From assembly GCF_001194135.2 (NCBI RefSeq), contig NC_068985.1, positions 66,021,579-66,054,262 on the forward strand: a DNA stretch of 32,684 nucleotides, given 5' to 3'. The position numbers and the translations under genes are program-made. Shown here piece by piece: positions 11,908 through 21,849 of the stretch. The notes under the pieces are model-generated. The model saw nothing but the letters and a program-made list of their open reading frames with translations. It made no database searches and had not been told where the DNA came from. How positions within the stretch are numbered: position 1 is the first letter of the stretch; each line of letters begins with the position of its first letter. The stretch comes from Octopus bimaculoides (Eukaryota).

Positions 11908-13659
11908 AGTTAACACCGTTTTTTCTGAGTTCACAGCGTTTTTTCTTGTTCTGTTTCATCATTTCTTATCCCTGTTGGACGTGAGTGGCATTGTTGATTA
12001 TTTGTTGAAGGTCTTCTATAAGAGTGAACCTAATTGCTTAAACTCATTGTCGAATTGTTCAATTGTTACATACTGTTTTTGCTGTGATTTTATAACTGTT
12101 TTCTTCCCCATTTATGGGTAAAGTAATAAGAAAAGTAAGGATGGAAAGCGAACCAGTTCCAGTCGGTAGCTATGCTTCAGCCAATGGAAGAGGTTTAACT
12201 GCAGACGTGTTACAGGTTCGAGACGTGAAGATAGAGAAAAAGAAGCTGAAGGTGTTTAACAGACTGATCAAAAACGATGGAACCAGTTTGAGGTCGACCC
12301 CGCCACAAGATCTGACAGCTAGTGTGACTAAGCCGACAGTAGTATATAGAACGCTGTCCACGGCAACGAAAAGAATTGAAATAGCTACGGTGGAAGTCAT
12401 AGAGGAGTATTTAAAGGAGGTAAAAAGCCTCACAGCATTCTATACCAGAGGGAAAAAAGTACGGCACAGTGGAGGTAGGGTTCACGAGCGAACAAGACAT
12501 GACAAATCACACCACAGCGGCGATAAGAGCGCCAAAGTCGGTACTTCTGCCGATTTACTGTGGCAAACGAGTGGCCAGGGTAAGCATTCGTAGAGTATCC
12601 CCGGAGATTGAGAAGACGTGGCTGGTGGCAGCCATTATATATAATATGGCGGAGGAAGCGAAAGTTTTAAAAGTAACAAGAACAAAAGAGGTAAACTGAT
12701 GGGGATAATGCCTCGAGGTGGCGGTCCAGGTCAGTTTGCAGGACTTGCACAAGATAGAGGAGGAGGTGATACTGCAGGAGGAAGTGAGATTAAGAGCAGA
12801 GGTGGAGGGAAGACATCCAACCTGTTACCAGTGTGGAGAAGGGGACACATGAAAGCAAGTTGTCCCCAGAATGATGAGAAAGGAACAGTAGCAACAAGGT
12901 GACGAGCAGGAGCAAAATGCCGGAGTGGTGACCCCAGTGAGTGAGAAGTGTCCAGAGAAGGTGGAGGAGGAATATACGGTGGTAAATATGAAAAAAGAAA
13001 GGAAGAAAAACGTGGACTCAACGCCAAATAGTCCACTAAAAAAAGGAGGGAAAATCAGGAAGAGACACAGCAGGATATTTGAACAACATCAACAAGGGAA
13101 GCCAACGTAGAAAATCAAGGGGAAATGCAGGAACAAATAACAAAAAACGAACCAAAAAGAAATGGCATATGTTGACATATTCAAAAACCACGGAAATTGA
13201 AAAGACAATAATCAAAATGAAATCGGTAATGAGAGTTAAGCTAACAACGGAATATTATCCAGAGAACACCAAGTCAATTATAATTAACAAAATGAAAGTG
13301 CAAGACTGAGAGTATTGTTTGGAAATAAGATAGATCCAGCAGGAGTGCGCGTGGCGTTCGATGACTTGCCGCCAGTGATAGATTATGAGGACCTAATACC
13401 TTACATAAAATGGTGAAAAAAAAAGTAAATGTTTGGAATTTTAATGACTATAAAACTGATACAAAAAGGGGAAGAAAAGAAAAACGAAAAATGATATAAA
13501 AGGGTTCAGCTAAAACATTTAAAATGGTCCTGCTTGCGACTGGGGAGCATGCAGCCATTTCACCTCCATTATTATAATTCACCCTTCATTCGTTCGTTCT
13601 GTATTTTTCGTCTCCACTGTGGTGTTCTATCTGTCCTTGTGCTGTCCCCTTCTGTGTAC
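11908..13659 (+). mobile_element. ORF1-only non-LTR element, array unit 1
   Basis: Starts AGTTAACACCGTTTTTTCTGAGTTCACAGC. ORF1 pseudogene 12141-13416 (SYASA motif, RRM-like region, CCHC knuckle 12823-12863), then a ~240-bp 3' region. No RT. Confidence 0.85.
12141..13416 (+). pseudogene. L1/Tx1-type ORF1 (gag-like nucleic-acid-binding protein), disrupted
   Basis: Consensus across three copies: MESEPVPVGSYASA...GTVEVRFASEQEAIKH...KRVARVSIGRVPPEIEETWLVAAI...PTCYQCG.RGH....C...KIDPAGVRV.FDDLPPVIDYEDLIPYIKW*. Confidence 0.75.
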
Positions 13660-15284
13660 GAGTTCACAGCGTTTTTTTCTGTTTCGTTTCATCATTGTTG
13701 ATCCCTGTTAGACATGAGTCACATTGGTAATTATTTGTTGAATGTCCCCCATAAGGGTGAGCCTAATTGTTGAACCTCATTGTTAAATTGTTTAATCGTT
13801 AAGGTTCGAGAGGTGAAAATGGAGCAAAAGAAGTTAAAGGAGTTCAAGAGACTTATCGAGAAGGATGGAACCAGTCTCAAGTGACAGCACCGGAAAATTT
13901 GACAGCGTGCGTAACGAAGCGGAGAGTGTTATATAGATTTCTGTCCACGACAACGAAAAACATAGAAAAAGGTACAGTGGAAGTCATAGAAGAGTGTTTG
14001 AAGGATGCGAAAAGCCACACAACATTCTATACCAGAGGGAAAAGACACGGCACAGTGGAGGTAAGATTCGCTAGCGAACAAGAAGCGATAAAGTAATTCA
14101 CTGCGGCGCTAAGGACAGCAGAGTCAGTACTTCTGCCGACTTACTGTGGCAAATGAGTGGCCAGGGTAAGCATTGGCAGAGTACCCAGGAGATTGAGGAG
14201 GTGTGACTGGTGGCAGCCATTCTGTATAATATTGAGGAGGAAACGAAAGTTTTAAAAGTAACGAGAACGAAAGAGATAAACTGCTGGGGATACGGTCTCG
14301 AGGTGGCAATCCAAGCCAGTTTACAAGACTTACACAATATAGCGGAGGAGGTGATACTGCCGGAGGAAGTGAGATTAAGAGCAGTGGTGGAGGCAAGACC
14401 GCCAACCTGTTACCAGGGGGAAGTAAGGAGACACAGGAGAAAAATTTGTTCCATGAATGACGAGAAAGGTGAACAGGAATAGTAGCAACAGGGTGAAGAG
14501 TAGGGGCAAAATGCCGAATTGGCGACCTCAGTGAGTGAGAAGTGTCCGGAGAAGGTGTAGAAGGAATACACTGTACTAAATAGGAAAAAGAAAAGGAAGG
14601 AGAACGTGGACTCACCGCCAAAGAGTCCATTAAAGAAAAGGAAGGAAACTAAACAGGAAAAGGACATTGCAGGAGATTCCAAAAACGTCAACAAGGAGAG
14701 CGAATGTGGGAAATTAAGTGGAAACGCAGGAACAAGTAACAAAAAAAAAGAAAAGAAAGAGCATATGGTGACATATTCGAAAAACACGGATATTGAAAAG
14801 AGAATAACCAAAATGAAGTCGGTTATAAGAGTGAAGCTTAAAACGGAATATTATCCAGAGAGCACCAAAGCATTTGTAATTAACAAGGAGAGATGTGCAT
14901 GATTGAGAGAATTGTTTGGAGATAAGATAGACCCAGCAGGAGAGCGCGTGGAGTTCGATGACTTGCCCCCAGTGATAGATTATGAGGACCTAATACCTTA
15001 CATATAATGGTGAAAAAAAAGTAAGTAAATGTTTGGAATTTTAAGGACTGTAAAACTGATACAAAAAGGGGAAAAAGAGAAAAAAGATAAATGATGTAAA
15101 ATCGTTTAACTAAAATATTTAAAGTGGTACTGCTTGATAGTGGGGAGCATGCAGCCATTTCTCCTCCATTATTATAATTCACCCTTCATTCGTTCGTTCT
15201 GTGATTTTCGTCTCCACTGTGGTGTTATGTCTATCTTTGTGCTGTCCTCTCTTTATATAAGCCTGAGTGCTTAATAAAGAAAGG
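13660..15284 (+). mobile_element. ORF1-only non-LTR element, array unit 2 (most divergent; internal deletion removes the ATG)
   Basis: Collinear with units 1 and 3. Lacks the segment equivalent to ~12070-12213 of unit 1, which is bounded by TGTTACA microhomology. ORF1 relic 13802-15013. Ends ...TATAAGCCTGAGTGCTTAATAAAGAAAGG. Confidence 0.85.
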
Positions 15285-17011
15285 AGTTAACACCGTTTTT
15301 TTTCTGAGTTCACAGCACTTTTTCATGTTCTGTTTCATCATTTTTGATCCCTGTTAGACGTGAGTCACATTGATAACTAACTGCTGAAGGGCTCCCGTAA
15401 GGGTGAACCTAATTGTTGAACCTCATTGTGGAATTATTGAACTGTTAGTTGCTGTTTTTTTTGTCTGTGAATTTATAATTGTTTTATTCCCAAATAATGG
15501 GTGAAGTAGTGAAAAACAGAAAGGATGGAAAACGAACCAGTCCCAGCTGGCAGCTATGCTTCAGCCACTGGAAGAAGTTTAACTACAGACATATTAGAGC
15601 TTTGAGAGGTGAAGATGGAGAGAAAGAAGCTAAATGAGTTTAACAGACTGATCGAAAAGGAGTGAACCAGTTTGAGTTCAACCGCACCACAAGATCTGAC
15701 AGTAGTCTGAAGAAGTGGACAGTAGTATATAGAACGCTGTCCACGGCAACGAAAAGAATTGAAATAGCTAAGATGGAATTCATAGAGGAGTGTTTAAAGG
15801 AGTTAAAAAGCTTCAAAACATTCTATGCCAGAGGGAAAATATACGGCACAGTGGAGGGAAGATTCGCGATCGAACAAGACGTGATAAAGCACTCCACAGT
15901 GGCGCTAAGGACACCAGAGTCGGTATTTCTGCTGATTTACTGTGGCAAACGAGTGGCTAGGGTAAGCATTGGCAGAGTACTCCTGGAGATTGAGGAAACG
16001 TGGCTGGTGACAGCCATTATGTATAATATGGAGGAGGAGGCGAAAGTTTTAAAAGAAACAAGAACGAAAGAGGTAAACTGATGGGGATAATGCCTCGAGG
16101 TGGCGGTCCAGGTCAGTTGGCAGGACTTGCACAAAATAGAGGAGGAGGTGATACTGCCGGAGAAAGTGAGATTAAGAGCAGAGGCGGAGGGAATACATCC
16201 AACCTGTTACCAGTGTGAGAAGGGGACACATGAGAGTAAGTTGTTCCTAGAATGACGAGAAAAGTGAACAGAAACAGCAACAGGGTGACGAGGTGGAGCA
16301 AAATGCCGAAATCGCGACCTCAGTGAGTGAGAAGTGTCTAGAGAAGGTGGAGGAGGAATATACAGTGGTAAATAGGAAAAAGAAAAGGAAGGAAAACGTG
16401 GACTCAACGCCAAATAGTCCACGAAAGAAAAGGAAGGAAAATAAACAGGAAGGGACACAGCAGGAGATCGAACATCAACAAGTGAAGTCAACGTAGAAAA
16501 TCAAGGGGAAATGCAGGAACAAGTAACAAAAAAGAACCAAAAAGAAATGGTATATGGTGACATATTCGAAAACCACGGAGATCAAAACGAATAACCAAAA
16601 TGAAGTCGGTAGTAAGAGTGAAGCTAACAACGGAATATTATCCAGAGAACACCAAGGCAATTATAATTAACAAAATGAGAGTGCAAGACTGAGAGTATTG
16701 TTTGGAAATAAGATAGATCCAGCAGGAGTGCGCATGGCGTTCGATGAGTTGCCGCCAGTGATAGATTATGAGGACCTAATACCTCACATAAAATGGTGAA
16801 AAAAAAAGTAAATGTTTGGAATTTTAATGACTATAAAACTGATACAAAAAGGGGAAGAAAAGAAAAAAGAAAAATGATATAAAAGTACTGCTTGCGACTG
16901 GGGAGCATGCAGCCATTTCACCTCCATTATTATAATTCACCCTTCATTCATTCGTTCTGTGTTTTATATAGCCACTGTGTTGTTCTGTCTGTCCTTGAGC
17001 TGTCCCCCTCT
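15285..17011 (+). mobile_element. ORF1-only non-LTR element, array unit 3 (3' end runs into gap)
   Basis: Starts AGTTAACACCGTTTTT directly after the unit-2 AATAAAGAAAGG. ORF1 relic 15525-16799, knuckle at 16205-16244. Confidence 0.85.
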
Positions 17012-17362
17012 NNNNNNNNNNNNNNNNNNNNNNNNNNNNNNNNNNNNNNNNNNNNNNNNNNNNNNNNNNNNNNNNNNNNNNNNNNNNNNNNNNNNNNNNN
17101 NNNNNNNNNNNNNNNNNNNNNNNNNNNNNNNNNNNNNNNNNNNNNNNNNNNNNNNNNNNNNNNNNNNNNNNNNNNNNNNNNNNNNNNNNNNNNNNNNNNN
17201 NNNNNNNNNNNNNNNNNNNNNNNNNNNNNNNNNNNNNNNNNNNNNNNNNNNNNNNNNNNNNNNNNNNNNNNNNNNNNNNNNNNNNNNNNNNNNNNNNNNN
17301 NNNNNNNNNNNNNNNNNNNNNNNNNNNNNNNNNNNNNNNNNNNNNNNNNNNNNNNNNNNNNN
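17012..17362. other. Assembly gap
   Basis: N run; ORFs predicted across it are artefacts. Confidence 0.99.
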
Positions 17363-17424
17363 ATATACATACTCTTTTATTCTTTTGCTTGTTTCAAAAA
17401 CAAAGGGGTATACATTGATACATA

Positions 17425-17560
17425 GATACATACATACATATATATACATACATACATACATACACATACATACATAAATATATACATACACAAATGCATG
17501 CATTCATACATACATACATACATAATACATACATACATACGTACATACATACATACATAC
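17425..17560. repeat. (TACA)n microsatellite
   Basis: Directly visible. Confidence 0.95.
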
Positions 17561-17591
17561 AGCTGCCTAGCAGATGTTAAGTTAACATCCG

Positions 17592-17830
17592 CTGGAGCAC
17601 CACCTTAAAGCCATACTGCCATACTGGAGCACCACCTTAAAGAGTTTAGTTGAAGAAATCGACCCCAGAACTTATTCTTTGTAAGCCTAGTACTTATTCT
17701 GTCATACTCTTTTGCCGAACCGCTAAGTTACAGGGACGTAAACACACTAATGCTGGTTGTCAGGCGATGGTTGACGGATAAACAGAGAGACAAAGATACA
17801 GTCGCACAAATACACACACACACATGTATA
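17592..17830 (-). mobile_element. SINE family A, 3' portion
   Basis: GGAGCACCACCTT...GAAATCGACCCCAGAACTTATTCTTTGTAAGCCTAGTACTTATTC...GCCGAACCGCTAAGTTACAGGGACGTAAACAC resembles the recalled octopus SINE body. CTGGAGCACCACCTTAAAG is locally duplicated. Confidence 0.8.
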
Positions 17831-17959
17831 TATCCAGTAAATCACAAATCCGAAAGAAAAGCACACTCTAAGTTATAGAGCAGTAGAGTATATACATAAA
17901 GGTAGATTTGGTCGGTCTGTGGGGCTACTTGCTAGAGAGGCCATAACCCAATGGGTTTT

Positions 17960-19500
17960 AGGATTTTGTTTCCATGTGGTTCATTTTCAGACTAAGTTCT
18001 GAGAGGTCAGCTCTGTCAGCATGATCTACAGCTGGTTTTAGCGATGAGTACAATGTCATCTGCGAATCGGAGGTGTGTTAGTTGCTCGCCATTGATGTTT
18101 ATGCCATCTGTCTGGTCAACATGTTTGATGGCTATTTCTTGACATGTGGTAAAGAGCCTTGGAGAAATGATATCTCCTTGCTTGACAGACTTCTCAATTG
18201 AGTCATTTACTGATGATGATAGCAGAACTATCGAAGGCATTTTCGTAATTAACAAAAGCATACACAGAATCTTGTATTCGTTCGCTCGTTCTATCGTACT
18301 ATAGTTCGTACGGAAACTTGCTTGCTCTCTCGGCTGTTGGTCGTCGAAGTGTTTGATAGTCTGGTGGCTATGACTTTTGTAAACAGCTTATGGAGGTAAA
18401 ACAAGAAGCAGATGGGACGATAGCTTTTAAAAATCTTCTTTATCTCATTTCTAATGAAGCACGATGGTGTTTGACTCTTTTGACAGTGAGGGTATTTTAT
18501 CCTCCTCTAAGTAGCGATTGAAGCGTAGAACGAGGAATTCCCGCAGCTATTCCTTCCACATCTTAACATCTACGTTGAGATACAATCTTTCCCAGGAGCT
18601 TTGTCTCTTTTCATCAGTTTGAGGGCATTTTCAATTTCTCTGATCAGAATAGGTGGCAATTCTTCCAGCATTTGTGGTGTGTGAGATTGAGCTTCACTGA
18701 TGATTTAAAAAGTTTGGCGGAGAAAATTTTGCATATCTTCTCCATCTTCCATTTGTCTGTCACCATGAGCTCATCCTTGTTCATAAGCGCCGTTACCTCT
18801 AACATATAAAGTACCAGCCCTCTACTGCATCTTTTTAAACTTTTTCTTTCCTCTGCAGTCTACACCAATTTCTTCAGTCTATTATTCTCAAAGTCATTTC
18901 TGAGATATTGACTTTGCAGAGAACGGAATACTCGAGGTGATTTTTCATAATCCTCTTCATCGTTTTCCGTTTCTCTAGAATTTTCTTCGTCTTGAGAATT
19001 CTTTCGCCAGGGTCCTGCTGGTTTGCAGTTTTTGCCTTCCTTATGCAGCTTTGAATTCTCTGTGGTCCTAGGCAAATTATAATCCTCATCGAGCTCTTCA
19101 GGTTGATTCCAAATTTCCTTCATGATAGCTTCCTGAAACTGTTTCACATCAAAGGCCTTTACACGTTGATTCTTTATTGAAATATGAAGAGCCATTTTCT
19201 ATTTGATTTCATTGATCACGACCTTTGTTCGTAACAAGTGATGATCTTTGCCTGTGTTGAATGGCGCTACTACTGAGACGCCTTGCAATATGCGCTGTTT
19301 ATCGACCAGGATGTAGTCAATTTCATTTTTGTGTTGAGCGTTTGGGACTTACCTGGTCTATCTCCTTCCTGGTTGCTTCCTGTATTAGCTGTTCCAGATG
19401 AAAAATCTTTTTGTTTCTGCCATAGCAAACAAACGTTCTCTTCTTTTGTTTCTCTTTCTTGATTCAAACTTACCAACATATTTCTCTCCCTGTCGTTTTT
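17960..19500 (-). mobile_element. RTE-clade LINE ORF2 relic (end of APE domain through RT)
   Basis: Minus strand: KNEIDYILVDKQRILQGVSVVAPFNTGKDHHLLRT (APE end), KLFTKVIATRL, VKQGDIISPRLF and LRFADDIVLIA (RT motifs). Many indels. Confidence 0.92.
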
Positions 19501-19570
19501 TCAAACCTTTGCTTTGAAAACATAAATACTAATGGCGAAGCGAGTCCGGAGAGAGCCGAACAATCAATCA

Positions 19571-19626
19571 GTCCTAACTGATGAGGCAACGGAAATTGCT
19601 GAAACTGACGCGTCAGTATTAAGGAT
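19571..19626 (+). ncRNA. Type I hammerhead ribozyme motif (Penelope-associated type)
   Basis: GTCCTAA-CTGATGA-GGCAA(CGGAAA)TTGCT-GAAA-CTGACGCGTCAG-TA-TTAAGGAT. All conserved core nucleotides, stem II (5 bp incl. G-U), palindromic stem III, GUA triplet and stem I with one bulge. Confidence 0.8.
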
Positions 19627-19816
19627 TCTCGATCGGTACTTTTGGGACGATTATGTTCCCTGTTAGTGTATATGTTGGCATTCATGTGCCTTAACTATAG
19701 ATTTAGAGCAGTTTAGCTCTTATTTCTATCAATGAAAGTGTTTCCTAACACCCTAATCACATTTAGTGACTTTGTAATTCTCCTTTTTGGTGAAACATTG
19801 TAAACTGTTAAACTCG

Positions 19817-19888
19817 TATATATATATATATATATNNNNNNNNNNNNNNNNNNNNNNNNTGTGTGTGTGTGTGTGTGTGTTTGTGTGT
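19817..19888. repeat. (TA)n / gap / (TG)n microsatellite
   Basis: Directly visible; N run at 19836-19859. Confidence 0.9.
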
Positions 19889-20699
19889 TATAATTTAGAA
19901 CAAACAGTAAAAGGTTGTCATTATAACATTATAGTACTCGGAGTTTCGAATGTCAGAGCGAAGAGCTACGATACATTCTCGTCGGCTTTTAATGGCAACA
20001 AGCGTTATCAAAAACCGTTGAATAAAAGGGAAGTTATTCTAATAGGTAGAAAAATAAAAAGGAAAAAGATAAAAGATACACGCAACCATGTTCTCACAAT
20101 CCATAGACATAAACATCCTGCATTCACAACGTCTACATACGTACATACTCACACAAACATGTAAACATACATGCACATTCACACACATACAAATATATAT
20201 GTATGTACCTACTCATACATACACACATATCCTCACTCATATACATATATAATGATCTCATAAGATAGATTGGAAGAAATGACAATTGTGATTTTATGAA
20301 AGACTTTAGGAATGTAAAATGAGTTATTTCTAACTTCATCTTTTGATTTATTAATCTATTTGTCACTCCCAATCGACAATAACATGTTACACACGCGAAT
20401 GCAAAAACAAAATATCAACGCGAGGTAAATAATTGTTTAAGTCAAGAATTAATTACAGCAGTTATGTATAACATAAGTCCTATCATAGAATAATTAAACT
20501 TTGGTGTTTCCCTATTTATTAATTGCTAGTAATTAGTGTTTGGCAATACTTCGTCAAATATTTTACCACAAAGACATTTATATTTTATTGCACTACAATG
20601 AAACGCGATTAAATTTATTGGGTGAAAATTAAAAAAAAATTATTTTGCTAACTGATATTATTAAATTATATTTGTTGTTTTCTTTTTGTTAGTTGTTCA

Positions 20700-20919
20700 A
20701 TTTCTTTATTGCCCACAAGGGGCTAAACATAGAGAGGACAAACAAAGGGGTTAAGTCGATTACATCAACCCAGTGCGTAACTGGTACTTAATTTATCAAC
20801 CCCGAAAGGATGAAAGGCAAAGTCGACCTCGGCGGAATTTGAACTCAGAACGTAACGGCAGACGAAATACCGCTAAGCATTTCGCCCGTTATGCTAACGT
20901 TTCTGCCAGCTCGCCGCCT
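20700..20919 (-). mobile_element. Full-length tRNA-derived SINE (Octopus-type family B) with 18-bp TSD
   Basis: Minus strand: AGGCGGCGAGCTGGCAGAAACG (A-box region)...GAGTTCAAATTCC (B-box)...core...TGTCCTCTCTATGTTTAGCCCCTTGTGGGCAATAAAGAAAT. TSD TCTTTTTGTTAGTTGTTC at 20681-20698 and 20920-20937. Confidence 0.92.
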
Positions 20920-21849
20920 TCTTTTTGTTAGTTGTTCGTGTCGCTGTTTGTCATAGGAGGCTGTATTTTGAAGTGCAATAAAAGTACCTCTGTTGCTGGT
21001 GATGCTTGTGTTGTTGAATTATTGTGTTGTATAAACGGGAGTGTTTGATTGCATCAGATAGTTAAAACAGATTTTGTTGTTTATTGTTGTTTAAGAGGAT
21101 GTGTAGTTGAAGAGAAATTTGATTACGTTTTCTGCAATTTTTAGCAGATAGACGGACAATGCTGAGTCAATAAAATGGAAATTATTCAATTAATGAATGA
21201 TAATAATGATAATAATGATTTAACTAGTATAATTTTAAATAAATTAAGACAATATTTTCATAGCAATGAAGTAAACTTTTGGTCAATAATCCATTTCCGC
21301 CATTTACAACAAATCAAAGCAATTTTATATATTGGAAGTCAACAGGATAAAGAAAGAAAACCCAAACAAGGTTTACTAGACCTTGATGGGCAACATCAAG
21401 ATTTCATTTGATTTGGAAGTCAATGAAATACAGCCATACAACTTTGAATGAGCTCTATTTCTTGCTGGCAAGGGGTAAAAGGACACACGAATAAGGTCTC
21501 TGTCTCCATTACCACTTTTCTTTCGTCAGACATCAGAATAAGTGTCAGATGAAAGTAAAGTGGGAATGAAGAGAAACAGCGCTAGAGATGTGGGAGAGGA
21601 GTGGGAAAGAAGTGTAGGTTGTATCCGTGAAAATATATGTGTATATATGTTAGGAATAGGGGAAATAGAATTCTTTCTATACAGCGAGGGGATTATTAAT
21701 GGTGGAAGAGCAAACCATTAATGTTACAAATTACTCGACCTTAAATATATTTTCGTTCGCGAGGACAAGAGAAAAGAATATAACTTTTATAGTTCATGTA
21801 GGCCCCTAAGTGGAGGGAAATCTTCAATATAATCATTTTCTAGTAGAAA

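Noticed and set aside
11908-17011. Array interpreted as a tandem LTR retrotransposon (gag-only, shared LTRs)
   Set aside because: The 3' segment of the units is not present upstream of unit 1, there are no TG...CA termini, PBS or PPT, and the ORF resembles LINE ORF1.
16892-17503. Long ORFs of 140-179 aa
   Set aside because: They span the N gap and (TACA)n repeat; artefacts.
21175-21411. 78-aa + strand ORF MEIIQLMNDNN...
   Set aside because: Low-complexity, AT-driven, no recognisable motif.
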